This document shows, one piece after another, positions 19,625-29,619 of a stretch of 55,743 nucleotides of DNA. A program made the translations under genes and the position numbers. Positions within the stretch are counted from its first letter, which is position 1, and every line of letters starts with the position of its first letter. The stretch spans positions 1 through 55,743 of the forward strand of contig JAFGFY010000069.1 of assembly GCA_016930795.1 (NCBI GenBank), written 5' to 3'. This DNA is from Deltaproteobacteria bacterium (GTDB lineage: Bacteria; Desulfobacterota; DSM-4660; Desulfatiglandales; HGW-15). The notes beneath the pieces are model-generated. The model was not told the DNA's origin. It saw nothing but the letters and a program-made list of their open reading frames with translations, and searched no databases.

Positions 19625-20398
19625 TTATTCCTTTCCCGATGTGAGGCGGGAGTGACGAGGTTTTGAACTTCCTACAAGATTATCACCCCTCATACGGCGG
19701 GGCGTCTTCTTCAGACGATTTGGAAGGCGACTTTTCTTCTCTGTCAGTTGATAGGCTAACATCCCCAAGGTCATGGAGACGTCCTCGTTCAAAACCGTCA
19801 TCTCTTTCGGGATTATGACGGATCTTGATGCAAGATAGAGTACCCCCGTCAGCCCGACTTTTCCAAGACGATCGATAACCCCCTGGACTTCCGGGGGAGG
19901 CAAGGCGATGACCGCGATGTCGTCCTCTTTGGGATCGATCTCCGTTTCAATCTGATTCATATGATAAACGGAAATTCCCCTATACATGTCCTCTATCTTC
20001 TCTGGTGCCTTGTCGAATATCTTATTGACGGTGAAATGTTGATTGTTCATCACCTGGGAATTGATCATGACATCACTGAACTGCCCTGCCCCTATGACCA
20101 CGATATTCCACTTTCTATCCAATCCGAGTATCTTTGAGAGTTCCCTTTTCAAGGTATGGACATCGTATCCCATTCCCCTGCAACCAAAACATCCGAAATA
20201 GGATAGATCTTTGCGAACCTGCGCCGAATAAGAACCGCTTACCCTGGCAAGCTCCGTGGAATTGGTCGTCATCACAAGGTCTCTTTCCATGAGGTCAATG
20301 GCCCTGTAATATATGAGAAGGCGTTCTACCGTGAATTTTGATATTCTATCTGATAATCTACTTCCGTTTCTGCCCATGCATTCGACCATCCATTTCAA
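19625..20398 (-). CDS. rex: Redox-sensing transcriptional repressor Rex family protein (divergent)
   Basis: TVERLLIYYR, SAQVRKDLSYFGCFGCRGMGYDV winged helix, Rossmann VVIGAG. Confidence 0.85.
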   Translation of the reverse strand: MKWMVECMGRNGSRLSDRISKFTVERLLIYYRAIDLMERDLVMTTNSTELARVSGSYSAQVRKDLSYFGCFGCRGMGYDVHTLKRELSKILGLDRKWNIVVIGAGQFSDVMINSQVMNNQHFTVNKIFDKAPEKIEDMYRGISVYHMNQIETEIDPKEDDIAVIALPPPEVQGVIDRLGKVGLTGVLYLASRSVIIPKEMTVLNEDVSMTLGMLAYQLTEKKSRLPNRLKKTPRRMRGDNLVGSSKPRHSRLTSGKE

Positions 20399-20453
20399 GC
20401 ATACTTTCCCTTTTACACGGAGGTCTCAAAAGGACTTAAAACCCCCATGTCAT

Positions 20454-21065
20454 TCAACAGGAAATGTATTGATTGGTCTTCAAATAACTCATAACCTGAT
20501 GCACGCACTCCCCGACGGATAGCTGATCGGTTCGCAGATGAATCTCTGGTTTCTCCGGAGGCTCGTAGGGGGCACTGATTCCGGTAAATGATTTGATGAT
20601 CCCCTGACGGGCCTTCTGATAGGCCCCTTTGGGATCACGCTTCTCACAAACCTCCACAGGGCAGTCCACGAACACCTCCACAAATGAACCGTCTTCCGAA
20701 AGAGACCGAGCCATTCGACGGTCTTTTCGGTAAGGTGAAATAAAGGCTACCAGATTGACAATGGCACAATCCCGCAGAATCTTTGCTACCTCTCCCAACC
20801 TTCGAATGTTCTCTTCTCGGTCAGTGGGTGAAAAACCCAGGTCCTTATTAAGTCCATGACGAACATTGTCGCCATCGAGAATATAAGTGTGAAATCCCCT
20901 TTCATAAAGGGCCTCCTCGCTAGCCACGGCTAAAGTTGATTTGCCGGATCCTGAAAGCCCTGTAAACCAGATGGTAAATCCAGGATGCCCATTAAGCCGT
21001 TCTCGATCATTGCGGGTAATGGCGCCCTGGTGCCAATATACATGCGTAGCTTTCTGTATAGTCAT
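20454..21065 (-). CDS. cysC: Adenylyl-sulfate (APS) kinase
   Basis: WFTGLSGSGKSTLA, LDGDNVRHGL, DLGFS..DREENIRR, FISPY, RDPKG, FTGISAPYE; start placed at ATG 21065 (track 21122). Confidence 0.95.
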   Translation of the reverse strand: MTIQKATHVYWHQGAITRNDRERLNGHPGFTIWFTGLSGSGKSTLAVASEEALYERGFHTYILDGDNVRHGLNKDLGFSPTDREENIRRLGEVAKILRDCAIVNLVAFISPYRKDRRMARSLSEDGSFVEVFVDCPVEVCEKRDPKGAYQKARQGIIKSFTGISAPYEPPEKPEIHLRTDQLSVGECVHQVMSYLKTNQYISC

Positions 21066-21203
21066 GTTTCGCGCCCTTCTGGCATCCCCTCTCATTCGAT
21101 TCTTCCCTTCTGCCGAATTCATCTAATGTCTCGGCTCTCCTTCCTCCCTTCTGAGCTCCATGAGCCTACGGATCAAGCGAAGTCGCTCTTCTTCCTATAT
21201 TAT

Positions 21204-22505
21204 CTAATGGGGCTCTTCATATGTCAGCACTGTATCTTCTTTTAAAAACGGGCTTTCTTCTTTCACCCGCTTTCCCTCCAGAGTAAAGGTCAGAAAGGCC
21301 CCGACAACGAGAAGTGCAGCCGCCATCAAAAATGAATAGGTGTACCCGCCTGTGGCGCTCTGGAGCATCTGGGAGAGCCGTCCCATCACGAATCCACCGA
21401 CCCCCCAGGCGGTAAATACAATCCCGTAGTTGATCCCGAAATGGCTCATTCCCCATTGATCCTTGGTAAGGGATGGGAAAAGAGAAAGGTTGGCTCCATA
21501 GTTGAAGCCGATAAAGGTCGCCAGAAGCACGAGAACGGCTGCAACGGCATTTTCGGATCCCACCACGGGAATCGCGATCAGCATCAAAACAGCCTGAAAT
21601 ATCAATATGGATAAAAGTGTGGCTCGACGGCCGATCTTGTCCGAAAGCACGCCCGCGACGATTCGCCCCCCCGCGTTGCCGACGGCCAGAATCGCCACAG
21701 CCAGAAACGCCAGATTCCCCATACTCTCCTTCGCCATCCCCGCCACGCTGCCGATAACCATCAATCCCGCCCCGGCGCCTATAAAATAGATAACCCATAT
21801 CATATAGAAGGTGCGGGTCTTCATCATCTCGGAAGGCGGCGAGTTTTTATTCTGAAGGGGCTTTATCAGAGAAGGGCCTTCCAAGTCTGTCTTGCCGGCA
21901 GCCGTTTCAGGCGGAGGATTGATCAAAAGAAGGGAAAGCCCGCATACGACGAAAAAAAAGGCTATTCCGAAAAAGAGCATGGCCTTCTGCAGTCCCCAGG
22001 CTCCAAGCAGGTATTGGGACAGGGGAGCAATATAGACCGAGGCCAATCCGAAACCGGAAACCACGAGCCCTGCAATCAACCCGGTCTTTTCGGGAGGGAA
22101 CCATTTCAGGGCCGGCGGAGTAGCGGATGAATATCCGAACCCGATTCCCGTTCCGGCCAGCACACCGAATCCAAGGACCCAAACAACGTAATTCGTCGAT
22201 TGGGAAATCAAAATAAAGCCTAGGCCCACCAGGAGGCCGCCTATAAACGCCGTGATCCTTGGCCCGAACCTGTCCTGGCATTTACCCGCAAGGATCATGG
22301 CAAATGCAAAGACGATGCAACAGACCGCATACGGATCATTCAAGGAGGCGGGCTCCCATTGAAAGGCCCCTTGTCCTCCTTGGTCGATAGATTCCTTGAT
22401 CGCCCCCTTGAAAATACTCCATGTATAGAGGATACCCAACGCCAGGTTGATGCCCGTCCCACTAAAAGTGACCAACCAGCCTTTGTTTTTTGATTGAGAT
22501 GTCAT
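21204..22505 (-). CDS. MFS transporter, OFA / monocarboxylate family
   Basis: INLALGILYTWSIF, QDRFGPR, KWFPPEKTGLIAG, GRIVAGVLSDKIGRR, GINYGIVFTAWGVGG. Confidence 0.88.
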   Translation of the reverse strand: MTSQSKNKGWLVTFSGTGINLALGILYTWSIFKGAIKESIDQGGQGAFQWEPASLNDPYAVCCIVFAFAMILAGKCQDRFGPRITAFIGGLLVGLGFILISQSTNYVVWVLGFGVLAGTGIGFGYSSATPPALKWFPPEKTGLIAGLVVSGFGLASVYIAPLSQYLLGAWGLQKAMLFFGIAFFFVVCGLSLLLINPPPETAAGKTDLEGPSLIKPLQNKNSPPSEMMKTRTFYMIWVIYFIGAGAGLMVIGSVAGMAKESMGNLAFLAVAILAVGNAGGRIVAGVLSDKIGRRATLLSILIFQAVLMLIAIPVVGSENAVAAVLVLLATFIGFNYGANLSLFPSLTKDQWGMSHFGINYGIVFTAWGVGGFVMGRLSQMLQSATGGYTYSFLMAAALLVVGAFLTFTLEGKRVKEESPFLKEDTVLTYEEPH

Positions 22506-22606
22506 AGTTCATTCCTCGTAGGAAATAATTCGTTCTTCAAATAGCCTTCTTCTAATGCCATACTCCCATTCACCGCCGTGATCACAGCCGAACGCAGAGA
22601 AGCCCG

Positions 22607-24595
22607 CTACTGTCGGCCCTCAATCAATCGATCGACGACATCGGGTTCCGCTAGTGTTGAGGTATCGCCTAGTTGATCAATAGCGCCTTCAGCGATCTTT
22701 CTCAGGATCCTGCGCATGATTTTCCCGCTTCGTGTCTTCGGAAGGGCATCGGTAAAGTGGAGTTTGTCCGGAGACGCGATGGGCCCGATCTCCTTTCTCA
22801 CATGCTGGACGAGCGCCTTTTTGAGTTCCTCCGAAGGCTCAAAACCCTGCTTCAAGGTGACAAAGGCATAGATCCCCTGCCCTTTGATGTCATGGGGGAA
22901 ACCGACAACAGCAGATTCGGCCACGGCCTCGTGAGCCACTAAGGCGCTTTCCACTTCCGCCGTTCCCATCCTGTGGCCCGAGACATTGATAACGTCATCC
23001 ACACGGCCCATAAGAAAATAATACCCGTCTTCATCCTTTCGGGCCCCGTCACCCGTAAAATAGAGACCGGGCATCTGGACAAAGTATTGTGTTTTGAATC
23101 TGTCCGGATCCCCATAGACCGTTCGCATAAAACCGGGCCACGCCTTTCTGATATAGAGGTGCCCTCCCTCGTTTATGTCGGCTTCCGTGCCGTCCTGTCT
23201 TAGTATTACAGGATTGACGCCGAAGAATGGGAGCGCTGCCGATCCCGGTTTCATGGCCATGGCCCCTGGAATCGGTGTAATCATGAACCCTCCTGTCTCC
23301 GTCTGCCACCAGGTGTCCACGATGGGACATTTCTCCTTCCCGATTACATTGTAATACCAAAGCCACGCCTCGGGGTTGATCGGCTCTCCCACTGTTCCAA
23401 GAAGTCGCAGGCTGCTCAGGTCCCTCCTGTTCGGCCAATCATCCCCGTTTTTCATGATCGCTCGAATCGCCGTAGGTGCTGTATAGAAAATGTTTACACC
23501 ATACTTCTCCACCACTTCCCAGAAACGGTCCGGTTCCGGATAGTTGGGGACCCCTTCAAACATCAGGGACGTCGCCCCTAGAGAGAGAGGGCCGTAGACA
23601 ATGTAGCTGTGACCCGTCACCCATCCGATGTCGGCCGTACACCACCAGATGTCTTCGTCCTTGTAGTCGAAACAGTATTTCAAGGTCATCGTCGTATAGA
23701 GGAGGTAACCCGCCGTGGTATGAAGAACGCCCTTGGGCTTCCCTGTACTGCCGCTGGTATAAAGGATGAAGAGAGGATCCTCCGCATCCAGGCTCTCAGG
23801 TTCGCAATGGATAGAAGCCTTAGCCATAAGCTCGTGCCACCACAAGTCCCGGCCTTCCTTCATCTGGGTTTCTTTGTCTACTCGATTCACCACGATACAT
23901 TGCTTGACAGTCGGACACATCTCCAAGGCCGCGTCCGCGCTGGGCTTGCTGGGCAGGACCTTTCCCGAGCGGTATCCCCAGTTGCAGGTAATCAATGTCT
24001 CTGCCTTACAGTCCTGAATCCGATCCCTCAGGGCGTCAGAGCTAAAGCCTCCGAAGACCACACTATGAATCGCACCGATCCTGGCACAGGCCAGCATTGC
24101 GATGGGAAGCTCGGGAATCATTGGAAGATAGATAGCGACTCGATCCCCCTTTTTCACATCAAGCCCCTTGAGGACATTGGCAAACTTGCAGACCTCCCGG
24201 TGAAGACCTTGGTACGTGTAGGTCCTGGATTCTTCCAGGGGCTCTCCTTGCCAGATCAGAGCGGCCTTGTTTTTTCTCCATGTCTTCAAATGCCGATCCA
24301 GACAGTTGTACGAAACATTAAGCTTTCCTCCTGCAAAATAGCGAATGTAGATATCGTCCTTGAAACTGTATTCCTCTGAGGGTCCGTCCCATTTCTTGAA
24401 CCAATCCAGGTACTCTTCTGCAGCTTCCGCCCAAAAACCTTGAGGATCTTCAATCGATCTCTTATAGCGTTCTTCATACGCTTTCATGTTTTTCAAATAA
24501 GCCTTTTCTACAAACGCCTCGGTCGGCTTAAAAGCCCTCTTTTCCGCATAAACCGATTCCACATGACCTGCATTTTCCTTTGTTTTTGCATCCAT
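22607..24595 (-). CDS. acs: Acetyl-CoA synthetase (AMP-forming)
   Basis: [67 protein letters not shown]; start at ATG 24595 after AAGGAG. Confidence 0.96.
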   Translation of the reverse strand: MDAKTKENAGHVESVYAEKRAFKPTEAFVEKAYLKNMKAYEERYKRSIEDPQGFWAEAAEEYLDWFKKWDGPSEEYSFKDDIYIRYFAGGKLNVSYNCLDRHLKTWRKNKAALIWQGEPLEESRTYTYQGLHREVCKFANVLKGLDVKKGDRVAIYLPMIPELPIAMLACARIGAIHSVVFGGFSSDALRDRIQDCKAETLITCNWGYRSGKVLPSKPSADAALEMCPTVKQCIVVNRVDKETQMKEGRDLWWHELMAKASIHCEPESLDAEDPLFILYTSGSTGKPKGVLHTTAGYLLYTTMTLKYCFDYKDEDIWWCTADIGWVTGHSYIVYGPLSLGATSLMFEGVPNYPEPDRFWEVVEKYGVNIFYTAPTAIRAIMKNGDDWPNRRDLSSLRLLGTVGEPINPEAWLWYYNVIGKEKCPIVDTWWQTETGGFMITPIPGAMAMKPGSAALPFFGVNPVILRQDGTEADINEGGHLYIRKAWPGFMRTVYGDPDRFKTQYFVQMPGLYFTGDGARKDEDGYYFLMGRVDDVINVSGHRMGTAEVESALVAHEAVAESAVVGFPHDIKGQGIYAFVTLKQGFEPSEELKKALVQHVRKEIGPIASPDKLHFTDALPKTRSGKIMRRILRKIAEGAIDQLGDTSTLAEPDVVDRLIEGRQ

Positions 24596-24681
24596 CTCTT
24601 TGTATTTCTCCTTTCTTGCGATAAAATCTATTAGTTTGTCGAAGGCCCTGAGCAAAACCCGGGGATAGGAATCGCGAGGCC

Positions 24682-26025
24682 TCACCAGTTATATATAAAA
24701 GAAAACTGAATCCGATTGTCCGTCCCCCTGCTCATCTCTTTGTATTCCGTGTCCCAATGGCTGTATTCCAGACCGACAGTCACGGAGGGAATGACGTCAA
24801 AAAGCCCGTTGAGATAGACAAACCTGTTTTTCGCCCGCATACCGGGATTCAGGTATTTGTCAGAAGGATTATCCAGACCAAATCCCGCATGGAACTGCCA
24901 TTCCTGATCGGGTTGATATCGGAGCTGGGCCCAGCCCCCCGTCGCCTTAATTCCTTCACCTGCTATGACGTTTACTCCCTGGAGAATCCCTCCAAAGTAA
25001 TCATCGAGGTTGCGCCCAACAAATGCTTCCCCTTTCAATGAGATTTGATCGGAAAAAGGGATATCAAAGTCCAAATTGACGGACCACGACTGCAATTCTC
25101 TCTCGATTGTATCCCGTTTCATCTCTTCTTCCCCATAGTGGCCGGAAAGACCGAACACACTCTCCTTCTCAGTGAAGCATTTTGTAGCTAAAGCAAGTCT
25201 GGCTTGAATGGATGGGATTCCTGTGTCCTCGCCGTCATTCTCACCGTCGAGATCTAGGTCCTCGTTGACTAATCCTGACGTCCTCGCTATGGACACAGCC
25301 GTCAACAACCTGTTTCTATTGTTCAGGGCATAATCGGTGGTCAAGCCCAATTGTGGTCGCCGATACCCAATGTTCCCTCCGGCCCATCCGACAGTATAAT
25401 TCAGGGTGTAGGGATTCAGAGGTGAAATCACGTCGGATGTTTGTCCCGCAATGAGGCTCAAACCCTCTTTTTTGATCCTAAGAAAAGCATGCCGCAGCAT
25501 GGGTTCCGCCTTGTTTTCATGCCTCGTAGATCCGTCTCCATAAAAATCAACCTCTATTCTTGCTTGAGCCGTCCAATCAGTAAAAGGCGGGGCCGTGATG
25601 TTCATGCCCAGCCTTGTTTGTCTCGCCGTCATGTTGAACTCATCATCATTCTTGTTCTCGGCTTCTCCTGAAATGTACAACACAAAATCACCATAGTTGG
25701 TCCTGCTGTCGTCGTAGGAGGCATCCAATTTAATATAGCCGTACGGTTTAAATTGGAACTTGTTGCTTGCACGGGGCTCCACAACCTCTTTCTCTGTCTT
25801 TTTGGCGCTGCTTTCCACATTTTGCTCGATTTTTGTTATATTTGCTCCTTCTTCATTTCTCTCTTGTTGCTGTCTCATTAACTGCTTAAGCTCGTTAAGC
25901 TCTTCTTCCAGTTTCTCTATCCTCATTTGGAGGGGCTCCGTTTGAAGCTCCGCACTCACCCTTGAATAGAGGCAAAAACAAAAGACTCCACAGATTATGA
26001 AGGAAAAGAATATTCTGCGCATCAT
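24682..26025 (-). CDS. Outer-membrane porin, DcaP-like (signal peptide, coiled coil, beta-barrel)
   Basis: Signal peptide, heptad coil [33 protein letters not shown]-terminal IQFSFIYNW beta-signal. Confidence 0.78.
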   Translation of the reverse strand: MMRRIFFSFIICGVFCFCLYSRVSAELQTEPLQMRIEKLEEELNELKQLMRQQQERNEEGANITKIEQNVESSAKKTEKEVVEPRASNKFQFKPYGYIKLDASYDDSRTNYGDFVLYISGEAENKNDDEFNMTARQTRLGMNITAPPFTDWTAQARIEVDFYGDGSTRHENKAEPMLRHAFLRIKKEGLSLIAGQTSDVISPLNPYTLNYTVGWAGGNIGYRRPQLGLTTDYALNNRNRLLTAVSIARTSGLVNEDLDLDGENDGEDTGIPSIQARLALATKCFTEKESVFGLSGHYGEEEMKRDTIERELQSWSVNLDFDIPFSDQISLKGEAFVGRNLDDYFGGILQGVNVIAGEGIKATGGWAQLRYQPDQEWQFHAGFGLDNPSDKYLNPGMRAKNRFVYLNGLFDVIPSVTVGLEYSHWDTEYKEMSRGTDNRIQFSFIYNW

Positions 26026-26052
26026 GTTTTTTCTCTCTTTCTATTCGCTATT

Positions 26053-26302
26053 TTAACGAACAACCCAAACGGCTTTGTTCTTTGCTGATTCAACGACTTT
26101 CCTGCAGACCCGACCCCTTGAAAATTCCTTTGATCTTCTCTTCCCAGGTCGCGCAAAAATTCCGGGATCTTTCCAAAAAGATGAAATGAAACCACCGTGG
26201 TTTGTCTCGCAGGGAAAACGCGACTCACATACCGCACAGCTTCAAAGGATTGATCCGATCCGTCCACTGCGAGCAGCACTTTTCTTGCGTGTCATTCATC
26301 AT
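26053..26302 (-). pseudogene. Universal stress protein remnant (frameshifts plus large internal deletion)
   Basis: ATG start is out of frame with VLLAVDGSDQSFEAVRYV; the USP-type C-terminus GRVCRKVVESAKNKAVWVVR-stop lies in a different frame from that N-terminal segment. Confidence 0.75.
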
Positions 26303-26389
26303 GGAAGGACCTCTTTTTTGAAGTGGTTTCCTTTGCCGTGGTTATTATCTCATATTTGATAAACAGAACAAATTTAAAAAAACGGTTAG

Positions 26390-26406
26390 AGCAACTTGCG
26401 TGCCAA
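26390..26406 (-). promoter_or_regulatory. sigma54 -24/-12 promoter
   Basis: Minus strand reads TTGGCAC-GCAAG-TTGCT, upstream of the usp remnant-porin-acs-MFS run. Confidence 0.9.
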
Positions 26407-26430
26407 GAAAAATCCTTTTTGGTGATAATG

Positions 26431-26443
26431 TAACTGGTTGATT
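26431..26443 (-). promoter_or_regulatory. IHF binding site
   Basis: Minus strand AATCAACCAGTTA matches WATCAANNNNTTR and lies between promoter and enhancer. Confidence 0.7.
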
Positions 26444-26500
26444 TATAATAAATTGTTTGACAGAAGGGCAGGCTCTGCAAAGAAGTCGATTGCAAAGGTT

Positions 26501-26526
26501 TGTCAGGATTTTTTACAGAGTGTAAA
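26501..26526. promoter_or_regulatory. Candidate enhancer (UAS), copy 3
   Basis: TGTCAGGATTTTTTACA-GAG-TGTAAA, starting 96 bp from the promoter TGGCAC. Confidence 0.68.
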
Positions 26527-26552
26527 AAGAGCAATGGGGGAAAGTTCTTTAA

Positions 26553-27983
26553 TTACCCCTCTCTTACCGTTGTCTCCATTTCAAGCTGATATTTCTCTAT
26601 CTTGGAGTGAAGGGTCGGTCTGGAGAGACCGAGGAGCTTAGCCGCCTGGGAGCGATTGCCACGCGTGAGGTTCAGTGCTTCACTGATAAGAATACTGGCA
26701 AACCTGTTCATGGATGAATCAAAAATGTGTTCTTCCACGGGATCACTCAGAACTTCACGTACCCAGCCTCGGATCGGTTGATCTTCCGTTTGACTCATAA
26801 TCCTTTTCCCGGAATCCCCAATACTGATGGCCTGAGCAATATCTTCGGGGTGGATGGGGGCGCCACGATTGAATATTAAGACTTTATGAATAGTATTGGA
26901 AAGCTCGCGAACATTGCCCGGCCATTCATAGTAACTGAGGGTTTCTTTTGCTTCCTCTAGAAGTCCCGGGGGATCAATGCCCAGTGCCGCTGCGTAATGC
27001 GATATATAGTAATCTGTTAGAAGAAGGATGTCGTCTTTCCGTTCACGAAGCGGGGGAAGCCAAATTGTCACGACTTTAAGGCGATAATAAAGGTCTTCGC
27101 GGAAAAGGCCTTCAGAAATGGCCTCTTCCAGATCCCGATTTGTGGAGGCGATGATCCTCACATCAACGGGAAAGGTCTCTCGGCCACCGAGACGCTCAAC
27201 TTTTCTTTCTTGAAGCAGTCTCAATATCTTCCCCTGAATACTGAAGGGCATGTCACCAATCTCATCTAGGAGAACCGTTCCGCTATTAGCCTGCTCGATT
27301 TTCCCCACACGGCGATGAGCCGCCCCGGTGAAGGCCCCTTTCTCATATCCGAACAATTCACTCTCCAGCAGTGTATCAGGGATCGCCACACAGTTTATCA
27401 CGTGAAAAGGCTTGTCGGATCGAAGGCTATGCTGATAGATGGCTCGAGCGACCAGTTCCTTGCCTGTGCCGGACTCCCCTCGAATAAGGACAGTCGCCTC
27501 TGTTGAGGATACCCTCCCGATGGCCTTGTAGACATCCTGCATGCAGGTACTTCTACCGATGATGGCTTCCCCCGATGTCTCTTCGGGAACGGCATTCATA
27601 TTCACCGGCGAGCGCATGAAACGACCCGCTTCCAGCGCTTGAGCGATCACGCTGAGCATATCCGGAATGTCAAAGGGTTTGAGGATATAATCAAAGGCCC
27701 CCATCTTCGTGGCCTCTATGGCGGTCTCTGTGGTCCCGTAGGCAGTCATGATGATCACAGGAAGCTTGGGCTCGACTTTATGGATGGCCTCGAAGGTTTC
27801 GAAGCCATTCATTCCTGGAAGCCGCATATCCAGAATGACCAGGTCCGGAACTTCCGCCTGGACCATTGAGAGGCCCGCTTCACCGCTGGACGCGCTTTTT
27901 ACTGAATACTCTTCCTCTTTAAGAAGCTTCTCAAAGCTCCTACGCAATTGATCATCGTCATCAATAATCAGGATGTTGTTCAC
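26553..27983 (-). CDS. NtrC-family sigma54-dependent response regulator (REC-AAA+-Fis HTH)
   Basis: ILIIDDD, GESGTGKE, GAFTGA, LLDEIGD, WPGNVREL, GNRSQAAKLLGLSRPTL. Confidence 0.95.
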   Translation of the reverse strand: MNNILIIDDDDQLRRSFEKLLKEEEYSVKSASSGEAGLSMVQAEVPDLVILDMRLPGMNGFETFEAIHKVEPKLPVIIMTAYGTTETAIEATKMGAFDYILKPFDIPDMLSVIAQALEAGRFMRSPVNMNAVPEETSGEAIIGRSTCMQDVYKAIGRVSSTEATVLIRGESGTGKELVARAIYQHSLRSDKPFHVINCVAIPDTLLESELFGYEKGAFTGAAHRRVGKIEQANSGTVLLDEIGDMPFSIQGKILRLLQERKVERLGGRETFPVDVRIIASTNRDLEEAISEGLFREDLYYRLKVVTIWLPPLRERKDDILLLTDYYISHYAAALGIDPPGLLEEAKETLSYYEWPGNVRELSNTIHKVLIFNRGAPIHPEDIAQAISIGDSGKRIMSQTEDQPIRGWVREVLSDPVEEHIFDSSMNRFASILISEALNLTRGNRSQAAKLLGLSRPTLHSKIEKYQLEMETTVREG

Positions 27984-29460
27984 GCTCTGACTCCGTCATG
28001 GGGAGGGTCATCACAAAAGTCACTCCCTCGCCTTTATTTGAGATGAAATCCAGCCACCCGCCATGATTCGCCACAATCCTAGCGGCGATATTCAGGCCGA
28101 GGCCCGTTCCCTCGTCTTTTGTTGTGAAAAACGGCTGAAAAATCTGGTCCCTTATCGAATCCGGGATCCCTGACCCGCTATCAGCAACTCGCACCACCGC
28201 CACACGGCCTAACGGCTCGACAAAACGCTCTTCTTCTTGAATCCGAATACACCCGCCTCCTTCCATCGCCTCGCAGGCATTAATGATCAGATTAACAAGA
28301 ACCTCTTTCAGTTGCTCAGGGTCGGCCTGAATCTCCGGAAGAAAGCGCTCCCGGTGGAGGTCTATGTCTACATCATACGATTTAAGCCGATGCTCCAGTA
28401 ACTGAAGGACCATATCCACCACTTCTGAAGGACTCACCTTCTGCATTTTAAGCTTTGGCGGACGAGCGAACTCGATAAAATTTTGGATGATGGTGTCAAT
28501 ACGACCAATCTCCTCTGAGATCACCGTGAAGTCTTCTTTCTGAACAGGGGTAAGTTTCAGGCTTCGTCCCAGGGAAAAGAGCCTCATCTTGACCGAGGTC
28601 AGGGGGTTGCGAACACTGTGGGCGACCCCTGCGGCCAGTTTACCGACCATAGCCAACCTCTCGGTCTGCAAGAGGTGCTCGCGGCTTTTTTCAAGTTCAG
28701 AATGGGTGTGATCCATATCTTCGATCAGCCCGCGAACACTGCGATCAAGGGCCTCGACCTCATCACCGGATCGATCCATCCCTCCTTTGCGATCCGCATC
28801 CAAAGCCAATCTGCGAACCGGTCCCAAGATCTGGTTGACCAACACGAAGACCAAGAGCAAGCCAAGCAGGATAACTGCCGGCATCGCTGTGGCCGCAATG
28901 ATCCTGAGGTTTTTGGCCTGGACGCTGCTCCTGTCTCTGGCCTCCGTAATCCTGTACCTGTGGATGTCTTTGTATACCTCACACAGATCCAGTGTCTCGG
29001 AGAAGTCCGTGCGCACTCGAACATGAAGCAGGGCTCCCTCTTCCCTTTGATCGGTTTTGTAATAGGCGATCACGTCGTCTTTTCCCGTGATATACCGAAG
29101 GTAGGCCGTCTCGATCCGGTCGATGGCTCGTTTTTCTTCCTCATTCTCGGCCAGCAGCCGCACTTCATGGAGCCTTTCACTAAAGATCTGCCGATAGACC
29201 CCCAGCTGCGTGAGCCAGTCCGGATCATTGTCCATTAAATAGTAGGAAACCAATCCCTTCTGGTTGACGAGGGCCGTCTCAAGGGCCTCGGCTGCCTGGT
29301 AGGCGGCCACATTCTTGTTAATGATACCGTTCAAGAGGCTTTCCATTCGGTAGGTATACCATACCGTAACCAAGGCACCCATCAAGGCGATAAAGACCAG
29401 GACGGTCAAAATTAAGTATATCTGATTGCGCAGGCTGATTTTTTTAACAATCTCCATCAC
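27961..29460 (-). CDS. Sensor histidine kinase with helical periplasmic domain, cognate of 26553-27983
   Basis: Two TMs, H-box AHSVRNPL, FFTTKDEGTGLGL; overlaps the start of the regulator. Confidence 0.9.
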   Translation of the reverse strand: MMEIVKKISLRNQIYLILTVLVFIALMGALVTVWYTYRMESLLNGIINKNVAAYQAAEALETALVNQKGLVSYYLMDNDPDWLTQLGVYRQIFSERLHEVRLLAENEEEKRAIDRIETAYLRYITGKDDVIAYYKTDQREEGALLHVRVRTDFSETLDLCEVYKDIHRYRITEARDRSSVQAKNLRIIAATAMPAVILLGLLLVFVLVNQILGPVRRLALDADRKGGMDRSGDEVEALDRSVRGLIEDMDHTHSELEKSREHLLQTERLAMVGKLAAGVAHSVRNPLTSVKMRLFSLGRSLKLTPVQKEDFTVISEEIGRIDTIIQNFIEFARPPKLKMQKVSPSEVVDMVLQLLEHRLKSYDVDIDLHRERFLPEIQADPEQLKEVLVNLIINACEAMEGGGCIRIQEEERFVEPLGRVAVVRVADSGSGIPDSIRDQIFQPFFTTKDEGTGLGLNIAARIVANHGGWLDFISNKGEGVTFVMTLPMTESEREQHPDY

Positions 29461-29619
29461 CCTTTGCCCTCGTTGGTTCTCCTTTTCATATCCGCTCAGG
29501 CTAATGTTAGCTCAAGGCCCTTTGTGTTACTAGGCCGACGACTAAGCACCCCATTATTTAATGAATTAGGAATTTTCGACTGCCCCTGTTCCGGCGAGAA
29601 CAGGCCGGCCGAAGTGAAC

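Noticed and set aside
19625-20460. Canonical Rex operator near rex
   Set aside because: No convincing TTGTGAA-N4-TTCACAA-type palindrome was found by eye.
26022-26279. 85-aa ORF as an intact gene
   Set aside because: Only its first half is USP-like; the true start and USP C-terminus are out of frame with it, so it is reported as a pseudogene.
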